DNA of 25,104 nucleotides from a virus (Duplodnaviria > Caudoviricetes), in IMG/VR virus record IMGVR_UViG_3300005758_000163, positions 1-25,104 of that record. One strand, given 5' to 3'. Below, one piece after another: positions 7,374-16,282 of this stretch; the first letter of the stretch is position 1; each line of letters starts with the position of its first letter. Under the pieces are notes generated by a model. The model ran no database searches. It saw only the letters and a list, made by a program, of their open reading frames with translations, and was not told the origin of the DNA. The position numbers were made by a program, and so were the translations under genes.

Positions 7374-9089
7374 ATGAGTTACCAATCCGAACTAACAAAG
7401 GCTGGCATTGACACGAAAGGTCACTTCAGTGGGATCATCAAGACACAATGTCCTTGGTGTTCTCATACAAGGAAGAAGGCCTCAGACCCCTCACTCTCTG
7501 TAAACATAGACGAGGGACTATTCAAGTGTCACCATTGTCAAAAGAAAGGTTCTGTAGCAAACGTAAAACAATACACAAAGCCAGAACCTAAAACAGATGC
7601 ACCCGATAGCAGAGTGACTAAATACTTCGAGTCTAGAGGCATTTCACAGGAAACTGTAGATGCCTTTGGTGTCTCGATGTCAGTTGAGTGGATGCCACAA
7701 GATGAGCAGAAACACAAGGTCATTTGTTTTAATTACTATGACGGAGACGAATTAGTAAACATAAAATTCAAAACATCAGACAAGAAGTTCAAGATGGTGA
7801 GTGGAGCAAAGAAGATTCCCTACAACTTGAACAGAATCAAAGATAGTAGTGAGATTATTATCTGTGAGGGAGAAGAAGAAGCAATGGTATGGTATCAAGC
7901 AGGATACCCATTCGCTGTCTCTTGTCCCAACGGAGCAAGTAAAGGAGTTAACAATTTACAATGGTTAGATGATACGTATTCTTATTTTGAAAACAAAAAG
8001 ATTATTCTCGCGACTGATAATGATGGTCCGGGACAAAAACTCAAGGAGGACCTTGCGAGACGCTTTGATCAATCAAATGTTTTTGTAATTCACTTTCCTG
8101 AAGATGCCAAGGATGCTAACGATGTACTCAAGGCTCATGGAGTAGAAGCCATTAAGAGATTATATTCTGAGGCCCAACCCATTCCAATCAAGGAAATAGC
8201 AGAAGTAGGTGACTTTATAGACCTCATCGAACTTTATCAGAGTGAGGGATTTCCAATCGGATGTAAGGTTAATATGCCTGAGACCGACAGACACTTGAGT
8301 TGGAACAAAGGAGAACTCGTAGTGGTTTCAGGAATCCCTTCTTTTGGAAAAACAACGTGGTTGGATTACACTTATGTTAGGCTTTCTCAAATACATGGTT
8401 GGAAGTTTGGAATTTTCTCTCCTGAGAACATGGCTCCATTGAAAATAACAAGACTCGCTGAACAACTCAGCGGTAAGCCTGTTACAAAAATGAATAGAGC
8501 TGAGGTAAGAAGAATGACCGATATGCTCAAGAAACACTTTTATTTCTACAACACGGAAAAGATGGAAGACTTCTCACTTCCTGCGCTGTTGGATACAGCC
8601 AAGACAATGATTAAGAGATATGGGATAGACTGTTTATGTCTTGACCCTTTCAACTATATTGACAACCCAAGCAAAGAAGAAAGTACTCACGATAGAGCCG
8701 GTGATTTGCTGAGAGAACTGAAGAAGTTTGCAGTACACAACGACATCAATGTTACTCTTGTGGCTCACCCGAGAAAACAAGATAAGTCTGGAGGTCAATA
8801 TGTTGTTCCTAAAATGTACGATATTGCACAATCTTCACATTTCTATAACGTACCTGATGTTGGGATTATTGTTCACAGAACATTTGTAGACGGTGTGAAT
8901 GACCCAGTTGAAGTATTTATTCAGAAGATTAAACATCACTTTAGAGGACAACTCGGGTCAATAGAATATCAATTTGATAGAGCAACAGGTAGATATACAG
9001 AGAATGGAAGATTTGACGACCTTCTTGCATATTCAGAAAAACAATGGGAAACAGATTTTGGGGCCTCACTTAAAACAATCGACGACTAA
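7374..9089 (+). CDS. DNA primase-helicase (T7 gp4/Twinkle-like: Zn finger, TOPRIM, SF4 helicase)
   Basis: CPWC...CHHC; ICEGEEEA and TDNDGPG (TOPRIM); Walker A GIPSFGKTT; CLDP; LVAHPRK. Confidence 0.92.
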   Translation: MSYQSELTKAGIDTKGHFSGIIKTQCPWCSHTRKKASDPSLSVNIDEGLFKCHHCQKKGSVANVKQYTKPEPKTDAPDSRVTKYFESRGISQETVDAFGVSMSVEWMPQDEQKHKVICFNYYDGDELVNIKFKTSDKKFKMVSGAKKIPYNLNRIKDSSEIIICEGEEEAMVWYQAGYPFAVSCPNGASKGVNNLQWLDDTYSYFENKKIILATDNDGPGQKLKEDLARRFDQSNVFVIHFPEDAKDANDVLKAHGVEAIKRLYSEAQPIPIKEIAEVGDFIDLIELYQSEGFPIGCKVNMPETDRHLSWNKGELVVVSGIPSFGKTTWLDYTYVRLSQIHGWKFGIFSPENMAPLKITRLAEQLSGKPVTKMNRAEVRRMTDMLKKHFYFYNTEKMEDFSLPALLDTAKTMIKRYGIDCLCLDPFNYIDNPSKEESTHDRAGDLLRELKKFAVHNDINVTLVAHPRKQDKSGGQYVVPKMYDIAQSSHFYNVPDVGIIVHRTFVDGVNDPVEVFIQKIKHHFRGQLGSIEYQFDRATGRYTENGRFDDLLAYSEKQWETDFGASLKTIDD

Positions 9090-9090
9090 A

Positions 9091-10944
9091 ATGAAAACAG
9101 TAATCTATGATATTGAGACAATGAGGAACTTCTTTTCCTATACGGATATAGAAGAGGATTCTGAGACCCCAACCGTATTCACAATCTCTCCTTGGAATAA
9201 CGATACGGAAAAATTAGTAGAGTATCTTGACCAAGCAATGACAATGGTTGGATTCAACAACATCGGATTTGATGCTGTTGTATTGGACCACATCATTGAC
9301 AACAAGGATAGATACAAGGATATGCCAGGACACAACGTAGCATATTCGATTTACATATTTGTTCAACAGTTTATCACAAAAGAAGATAACGAGAAGCCAC
9401 GAACAAAGATGAAGAATCAGCTCGACCTTTATCTCATCAACCACTACAACAACAAGGCAAGGAGAACATCCCTTAAATCACTACAAGTTGCTATGGGTTG
9501 GTACAACGTACAGGAGATGCCCATCAGTCACGAGCAGGAAATTACCGAAGACCAAGTCGAGTCTGTTCTTTCCTACAACCTGAATGATGTTTTGTCTACT
9601 CGAAAGTTCTACTTTCTTTGTGCTGAAAAGATTGAGTTTCGCAAAGCCTTCTCAAAAATGTACAAAGCAAACTTCTTAAACAGACCCGATGTTGCAATCG
9701 GAGAGGAAATCTTCCTACGATATATCAAAGCAGCAAGTGGATTAGATAAGAAGGATTTGAAAGAAAGAGTAAGATATGACAAGGCGGTATACTTGGAGGA
9801 TTGTGTAATTCCATACATTAAGTTTCAGAACCGAGAGTTTCAGTATTTGCTGGACTCAATCAAAAGAACTGTAATTACAGATGACACGAAATTCAAGCAC
9901 ACCGTAATTTTTAAGGGCTTTCACTTTCATTATGGAGTAGGTGGTATTCACGGATGTATTCCTGCGGGTAAGTATGAAGCCGATGATGAATATGAAATCA
10001 TTGACTACGATGTTAAATCTTATTATCCGAACATTGCCATTACGAATAACTTTCATCCAAAGCATATCCCACAGGAAGTTTTCATTGACACTTACAAGAA
10101 GATATTCGATGACCGCGTTGAGGCACAGAAAGCAGGAGACGATGTAGTTCAAGCAGGATTAAAACTTGCGTTGAATGGAATCTTCGGTAAGACAGGAGAA
10201 TCAACAAGTGCATTCTTTGACAGATATTATTTCTATCGAATCACCGTAAATGGACAACTTCTGTTAACCATGCTTGCTGAGGCTTACATGACAAACGTAA
10301 AGAATGTTCAACTGTTACAGATTAACACGGATGGTCTTACCGTGAGAGTTCACAAGAATAGCATCACAAGAATCGAGGAGATAAATCAGCGATTTATGAA
10401 ACTCACAGGATTAATTCTTGAGGATAGCAAATACAAGCAAATGATTATACGAGATGTTAATAATTATTTAGCCGAGTCAATCGAAGGAAAGGTCAAGAAA
10501 AAAGGAATCTTTGAGACAGAAAAAGACTGGCATAAAGACAACTCTTACCTCATTGTACCAAAGGCATTAGAGAAATATTTTGTATCAAAAATTCCAATTA
10601 AAAATACTATCTTTGAATCACGCAACATTTATGATTTTTTCGGAAGATATAAGGCGACTAAAGGATGGCACGCAGAAGTCCACACGGTTGAGGAAGGCCA
10701 AAAGATTATCAAAAATCTTGGTAAAGTTATGCGCTTTCTTCCAACTACAACGGGCGATTCCGTATTCAAACAAAATGTTGACGGACGACTCAATAGCCTT
10801 TTGGCAGGAGGATTTGCACGAGAGTGTAATTACTTCGAGGAAAAAGAAAATTGGGAAGACTACCAAATAGATTACAATTTCTTCGGTATCGAATGCAAAA
10901 AGATTATCGATGAGATTGAACCACAACAATTAACCTTATTTTAA
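9091..10944 (+). CDS. polB: family B DNA polymerase with 3'-5' exonuclease
   Basis: ExoI YDIET, ExoII FNNIGFD, ExoIII YNLND; motif A YDVKSYYPN, motif B KLALNGIFGK, motif C INTDG; ATG 9091 lies 1 nt after the helicase stop. Confidence 0.9.
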   Translation: MKTVIYDIETMRNFFSYTDIEEDSETPTVFTISPWNNDTEKLVEYLDQAMTMVGFNNIGFDAVVLDHIIDNKDRYKDMPGHNVAYSIYIFVQQFITKEDNEKPRTKMKNQLDLYLINHYNNKARRTSLKSLQVAMGWYNVQEMPISHEQEITEDQVESVLSYNLNDVLSTRKFYFLCAEKIEFRKAFSKMYKANFLNRPDVAIGEEIFLRYIKAASGLDKKDLKERVRYDKAVYLEDCVIPYIKFQNREFQYLLDSIKRTVITDDTKFKHTVIFKGFHFHYGVGGIHGCIPAGKYEADDEYEIIDYDVKSYYPNIAITNNFHPKHIPQEVFIDTYKKIFDDRVEAQKAGDDVVQAGLKLALNGIFGKTGESTSAFFDRYYFYRITVNGQLLLTMLAEAYMTNVKNVQLLQINTDGLTVRVHKNSITRIEEINQRFMKLTGLILEDSKYKQMIIRDVNNYLAESIEGKVKKKGIFETEKDWHKDNSYLIVPKALEKYFVSKIPIKNTIFESRNIYDFFGRYKATKGWHAEVHTVEEGQKIIKNLGKVMRFLPTTTGDSVFKQNVDGRLNSLLAGGFARECNYFEEKENWEDYQIDYNFFGIECKKIIDEIEPQQLTLF

Positions 10945-10948
10945 CACT

Positions 10949-11344
10949 ATGAATATCAATACACTAATTGAGTTGTCACACGCAACCGCAAAAGAAAAAG
11001 GCTTCTGGGATTCAGGAGAGAGAAACATTTCTGAACTATTACTTTTGGTAATTACAGAAATCGCAGAAGGAACAGAAGCACTCCGCAAAGAACACAAATC
11101 AAATCCTGACATTGTGGCCTCACTTTACAATGCCTATGTAGAAGACCCACACCCAATGGATGCTGAGACTTTCAAGCATGAGTTCGAAAATCATGTCAAA
11201 AATTCATTCGAGGATGAGATTGCCGACACTGTAATTCGCCTGTTTGACTTGTGTGGTGGACTTGGCATAGATTTGGAAACACACATTCTCCTCAAGATTA
11301 ACTACAACAAGTTGAGAGGCTACAAACACGGCAAAACATTTTAA
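10949..11344 (+). CDS. MazG-like NTP pyrophosphohydrolase
   Basis: TEIAEGTEALRK...EDEIADTVIRLFD (ExxE...ExxD). Confidence 0.8.
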   Translation: MNINTLIELSHATAKEKGFWDSGERNISELLLLVITEIAEGTEALRKEHKSNPDIVASLYNAYVEDPHPMDAETFKHEFENHVKNSFEDEIADTVIRLFDLCGGLGIDLETHILLKINYNKLRGYKHGKTF

Positions 11345-11356
11345 ACAACAAAAACT

Positions 11357-14300
11357 ATGAATATAAATCACTCTATTTTATCAGACATTGTTATTTGGTC
11401 TAAATACGCCAAATACGTACCCGAATTGGGTCGCAGAGAAACCTGGACTGAACTTGTAGACCGCAACAAGGAAATGCACTTGAAGAAGTTTCCTGAGTTG
11501 AGTGAGACTATCGAGAAGGCTTACGAATTGGTTTACGACAAAAAGATTCTTCCTTCCATGCGTTCACTTCAGTTTGGGGGCAAGCCAATTGAAGTAAACA
11601 ACACTCGTTTGTTCAACTGCTCTTACTTGCACATTGATGATTATCGTGCATTCAATGAGACAATGTTTCTTCTTCTTTCGGGTACAGGTGTAGGTTACTC
11701 TGTTCAACGCAAACATATCAACGCTTTACCTAAAATCAAAAAAGCTGAGAGAAACAGAAGATACTTAATTGGAGATTCAATCGAAGGATAAAACGCCTGT
11801 CCTTCTAAAAGCGGTTTAATTGCTGGAAACTCCTTAAGTTATTATTGCTACAACGTGTCCCGTCTAGGGAGGGCGTGAACGCTAGAAAAAATAATAAATT
11901 GGACAATCAGCAGCTAAGTTGTGTAAATATGAAAAATATAAATACAAAAAGTTCAACGACTATCCCGGAAGGGAGTACACACGAAAGTGTGGAAAAGGCC
12001 GCATTGTTTAGTTTCTATAAACTTGTAGATCCGATAGATGGAAAAACTAAGTATATAGGCAGAACGGTTAATGTTGGGAATCGTTTACGAAACCACATTT
12101 ACGAAGCAAAGAAAAATAACAGAAACAAAAGAGAAAGATGGATTATGTATCTTCTGAGGAGGAACAAAATGCCAATACTGAAAGTTATTTATTCTGAAAT
12201 CTGCACTATAGAAAGAGCTATTTGTCTAGAAAAAATATACGTGACTCTTTATTCTAAATACTACGATCTTAAAAATAGTCCCGACAATTATTTAGGTGCT
12301 ATGTTGACAGGAACTCCGGTATATCAATATGACCTTAACGGTTTTTTCGTTTCTAAATATGAAAATTCACATCAGGCAAATATAAAAACAGGAGTAAAAG
12401 ATTGTAATATATTAAGATGTTGTAAAAACATGAATGGTTACGGAACAAAAACAGCAGGAAACTTTTTTTGGTCATTTGAAAAATTTGAAAAATATCCTCA
12501 TGAATACATCCTTAATTGGAGAAAATTAAAAGGAAAAAAGGTTTTTCAATATGACAAAGAAGGAACTTTGGTGAATTCCTATATTACGGCCCGAGAAGCA
12601 GAACGTAAAACAAATATTTCGTTCAAAAAAATCTCAGCCTGTTGCAACGGAAGACAAAAAAGCGCTGGTGGATTTACATGGAAATTCGAACAATAAGATA
12701 TAGTCTGGCCCTTGCAGAAATGTTTGGGATTAGCATCGGGGCTGATGCTATTAAGGTTTTGATGAAGTCTTACTTTGGTCTTAGTACTTGGAAACCCAAC
12801 TTCGATTACCGTGCTATCCGTCCAAAAGGTGAGCGATTGATTACTAGTGGCGGTGTAGCCCCGGGACCTGAGCCATTGAAGATGTGCTTGACTCATATTG
12901 AGGCTATATTAGACCGCAAACAAGATGGTGAAAAATTAACTTCTGTAGATTGTCACGACATTTTGTGTCACATTGCTGATGCTGTACTAAGCGGTGGTAT
13001 CCGTAGATCCGCAATGATTTCTTTGTTTGATTACGATGATGAGGATATGTTGACCTGCAAGTTCGGTAATTGGTGGGAACTGAATCCTCAACGCGGTCGT
13101 GCCAACAACAGTGCAGTGATTGAAAGAAACGGAGACGTTGATAAACAATCATTCTTGGAACTTTGGAAGAAGGTTGAGTTGAGTAACTCAGGTGAGCCCG
13201 GTTTCTATTTCACAAACGATATTGAGATGGGTACCAATCCTTGTTGCTTTACGGGAGATATGAAACTTCTTACGGCAGCCGGAGAAATTTCTTTTGAGGA
13301 GTTGTCCAAAGAAGACAGTTGTCAACTATTCAATGTTAAAGGAGAAATCGTTGAGGGTAGAGTCTGGGAAACAGGGGAGAAAGATGTTATTGAATTAGAA
13401 TTTAGAGACGGAAAAGTAATTACCTGTACTCCAGACCACAGATTTTTAACCAGCGATGGAGAAGAGGTTCTTGCTGCTGATACGAAAGGTAAAAGACTAA
13501 TGCCTTTCCTTGTTCCAAATAGAGAAATTGATGAGTTTGTAAAGCTTGGGTTTATTCAAGGAGATGCCGCAACAGGAAGGCTGGCATCAAATGCTCACAA
13601 GGGCTTAGAAATCTTCTTCGGAGATAAAGACAAAGAGGTTGCTGAAATTTTTGGTTTTGATGATTATGGGAAACAATATGTTAATGGATTTAATGATAGA
13701 CTTGTTCAAATAGGAATGTCATCCAAAACACTTCCTGAGCGATCTCTGCCGTCAGAATTCAAAAACTTTACCCAACAGGAAAAGAAAATGTTCCTGAAAG
13801 GTATGTATTCTGCAAACGGGTGTGTTATTACCACTTCTAGAGTTGCGTACAAAACAACCTGTAAAGATTTAGCAGAACGTCTATTGAGTGTTCTTCAAGA
13901 ATTTGGTCTTGCTCCTTACATCACAACCAACAAGGCAAAAGTGGTCAAATTTTCCAATGGAAATTATGAGTGTAAAGAGTCTTACGATATCAATCTAGGA
14001 AGGTACAAAGATATATTGTGGTTCGCCAACAATATTGGTTTTGTTCAAGAATACAAAATTGAATCTTTGATCAAAATGATTAAAAAAAGAGCAACTCCGG
14101 TATCAAGAATTGTCAAAATTGGAAAGTGGAAAGTTTACGATTTTAATCTCGATGACGATACACATTGGGGAGTTGTAAACGGTGTCATCGCACACAACTG
14201 CGAGATTGCCCTCAATTCATTTCAGTTCTGTAACTTGGTAGAAGTCAATGCTTCTGATGTCGCAGACCAAGAAGATTTCAACTCTCGTGTTTTCTATGCT

Positions 14301-15119
14301 GCTGTCATTGGAACTTTGCAGGCATCTTACACAGATTTCCACTACCTGCGTAGTGTGTGGAAGAAGACTACAGAGGCTGAGGCCCTATTGGGAATCGGTA
14401 TGACAGGTATTGCAAGTGGAGCAGTTTTGAAATTAGATTTGGCTGAGGCTGCTGGAGTTGCTGCTAGAGCAAATGAGTGGATGTCTGAGATGATTGGAAT
14501 CAATCCTGCTGCTCGTATCACCTGCGTTAAACCTTCAGGAACTTCTTCTTTGGTTCTCGGTACATCATCGGGTGTACATGCTTGGCACGATGAGTATTAC
14601 ATCCGTAGAATTCGTGTAGGTAAGAATGAGGCAATGTACACTTACTTGTCATTGTATCATCCTGAATTACTTGAAGATGATGTAATGAAGCCTCAATCTC
14701 AAGCAGTTATTTCTATTCCTGTGGCTGCACCCAAGGGAGCGATTACGAGAAGTTCTGAGACCGCACTTTCGTTTTTAGAAAGAGTAAAGTACTTACATCA
14801 GAATTGGATTCAACCTGGGCACAATTTCGGTAACAATACACACAACGTAAGTGCAACGGTAACCATCAAGCAAGATGAGTGGGCAGAAGTAGGTGAGTGG
14901 TTGTGGGAGAATCAAAACTTCTACAACGGTCTTTCATTCCTTCCTGAAGATTTGGGCTCGTACCAACAGACTCCATTTGAAACAATCGATGAGGCTACGT
15001 ACTTGGAACTATCTAAGAACTTGCACGCCATCAATGTCGCAAATATTGTAGAGATCGGAGACAATACAAATCTTAGTGAGAACCTCGCATGTAGCGGAGG
15101 TAACTGTGAAATATCATAA
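11357..15119 (+). CDS. nrdJ: class II (B12-dependent) ribonucleotide reductase; exons 11357-11789 and 12739-15119; 937-aa precursor, 619 aa after intein removal
   Basis: RRETW, LPSMR, FNCSY, GTGVG, spliced GDSIEG-W-AD, GGIRRSA, GEPG, TNPCCEI, CNL, VKPSGT, C-terminal ACSGGNCEI. Confidence 0.92.
11790..12738 (+). mobile_element. group I intron (949 nt, IA2-like) in nrdJ
   Basis: P1: exon GAAGGAU (11783-11789) pairs with GUCCUUC (11799-11805) with a U.G pair at the splice site; P AAUUGCUGGAAA 11818, Q AAUCAGCAGC 11905, R GUUCAACGACUA 11951, S AAGAUAUAGUCU 12695; terminal G 12738; splicing rebuilds T|GG (Trp). Confidence 0.93.
12004..12696 (+). CDS. intron-encoded GIY-YIG-type homing endonuclease with two NUMOD1-like repeats (start uncertain: TTG 12004 or ATG 11929)
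   Basis: FYKLVDP...KYIGRT...RLRNH; repeats VYQYDLNG...ILRCC...TAGNFFW and VFQYDKEG...ISACC...SAGGFTW. Confidence 0.85.
   Translation: MFSFYKLVDPIDGKTKYIGRTVNVGNRLRNHIYEAKKNNRNKRERWIMYLLRRNKMPILKVIYSEICTIERAICLEKIYVTLYSKYYDLKNSPDNYLGAMLTGTPVYQYDLNGFFVSKYENSHQANIKTGVKDCNILRCCKNMNGYGTKTAGNFFWSFEKFEKYPHEYILNWRKLKGKKVFQYDKEGTLVNSYITAREAERKTNISFKKISACCNGRQKSAGGFTWKFEQ
13245..14198 (+). mobile_element. intein (318 aa) with LAGLIDADG-type endonuclease domain in nrdJ
   Basis: Starts CFTGD; block B TCTPDHRF; LGFIQGDA and FLKGMYSANG; block F/G VYDF...NGVIAHN followed by +1 Cys. Confidence 0.93.
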
Positions 15120-15128
15120 CTTAAAAAC

Positions 15129-15698
15129 ATGAATAAATTATTTTTTTACGATTTAGAAACAACAGGAGTAAAATTCTGGAAGAACGGAATCCACCAAATC
15201 TCAGGTAAAATTGTGATTGACGGTGAGACAAAAGAAACATTTAACTTCAAAGTTCAACCACACAAAGATGCAATCATTGAAGATGAGGCACTTGCTGTAG
15301 GAGGAATCACTCGTGAGGATTTGGCAAACTACAAACCGATGCATGAAGTTTATTCTGAATTAATTGCCATCTTGTCAAAATATGTAGACAAGTACAATAA
15401 AACAGATAAGTTTCATTTGGTTGGATACAACAATGCATCTTTTGATAATCAATTCTTTCGAGCATTCTTTACTCAAATGGGAGATAATTACTTTGGTTCT
15501 TGGTTTTGGGCCGATACTCACGATGTAATGGTTATGGCTTCGGTCTACCTTGCTTCGTCTCGAGCTAAGATGCCAAACTTTAAATTGTCTACAGTTGCCA
15601 AAGAGTTTGACATTGATGTTTTAGATGAGAGTCTTCATGATGCTCTCTATGATATTGAGTTGACAGAACAAATCTACAACGAAATATTACACGGCTAA
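15129..15698 (+). CDS. DEDDh (DnaQ-like) 3'-5' exonuclease
   Basis: YDLETTG, GYNNASFD, HDALYDI. Confidence 0.88.
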   Translation: MNKLFFYDLETTGVKFWKNGIHQISGKIVIDGETKETFNFKVQPHKDAIIEDEALAVGGITREDLANYKPMHEVYSELIAILSKYVDKYNKTDKFHLVGYNNASFDNQFFRAFFTQMGDNYFGSWFWADTHDVMVMASVYLASSRAKMPNFKLSTVAKEFDIDVLDESLHDALYDIELTEQIYNEILHG

Positions 15699-15724
15699 AA
15701 GAATTGATGTCTATTTTACACTTG

Positions 15725-15747
15725 GGGTGGCTTCGGCTGCCCTTTTT
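15725..15747 (+). terminator. rho-independent terminator
   Basis: GGGTGGC-TTCG-GCTGCCC hairpin (cUUCGg loop, two G.U pairs) followed by TTTTT, after the replication/nucleotide operon. Confidence 0.8.
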
Positions 15748-15768
15748 GTTTATCTGAGGCCTCAGTCT

Positions 15769-15815
15769 TATAACTTGCCAAATCGTGTTATTTTTATGTG
15801 TTTTGGCAACTTATA
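15769..15815. repeat. 14-bp imperfect inverted repeat
   Basis: TATAACTTGCCAAA (15769-15782) and TTTGGCAACTTATA (15802-15815), one mismatch, 19-nt spacer. Confidence 0.7.
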
Positions 15816-15859
15816 GGTTTATGATTTATAGTTTATAGTAAACTTATAAGTATAAATCT

Positions 15860-15867
15860 TATATTTG
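15860..15867 (+). promoter_or_regulatory. Bacteroidota sigma-A-type -7 box (TAnnTTTG)
   Basis: TATATTTG(CA) 4 nt before ATG 15872, downstream of a terminator. Confidence 0.6.
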
Positions 15868-15871
15868 CACT

Positions 15872-16282
15872 ATGAAAAACTTATTTATTATCGCAATGAC
15901 CATTATGGTAATCTCTTGCGGTACACCAAAGAAAAGATATGACCGATTTATACGTAAATATCCGTATTTAGTCGAAATCGATACGGTAATTGTAAAGGAT
16001 ACAATCATCAAAGAAGTTAAGGTTCCTGTACCCGAATACAGAGATTCGTTCATTATTGAGCACGATACAATCATCGAAACCAAAAAGCTAATCATCGAAA
16101 AGAAAGGCAACTTCTTCGGTGTAACAGTTAAACCTGATACCATAACTTACAGAGATACAATACCTTACGAAGTAAAGGTTCCTGGTAAGGTTTACACCAA
16201 GCACGTCATCAACTGGTGGTACTTGCTTATTTCATTTTTAATAGGTATTATTGCAACACTATTTCTAAAGACTAAAATATGA
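15872..16282 (+). CDS. lipoprotein with C-terminal TM helix, putative unimolecular spanin
   Basis: Signal peptide with lipobox VISC (Cys16); beta-rich DTI/EVKVP repeats; C-terminal WWYLLISFLIGIIATLFL then KTKI. Confidence 0.65.
   Translation: MKNLFIIAMTIMVISCGTPKKRYDRFIRKYPYLVEIDTVIVKDTIIKEVKVPVPEYRDSFIIEHDTIIETKKLIIEKKGNFFGVTVKPDTITYRDTIPYEVKVPGKVYTKHVINWWYLLISFLIGIIATLFLKTKI

Noticed and set aside
8974-9090. ORF-track N-terminal extension of the polymerase (TTG start)
   Set aside because: It overlaps the helicase end; ATG 9091 sits 1 nt after the helicase stop and immediately precedes ExoI
12642-12738. ORF-track start of a separate 825-aa RNR gene
   Set aside because: This is intron sequence (endonuclease end, S element, P9); RNR similarity begins at 12739
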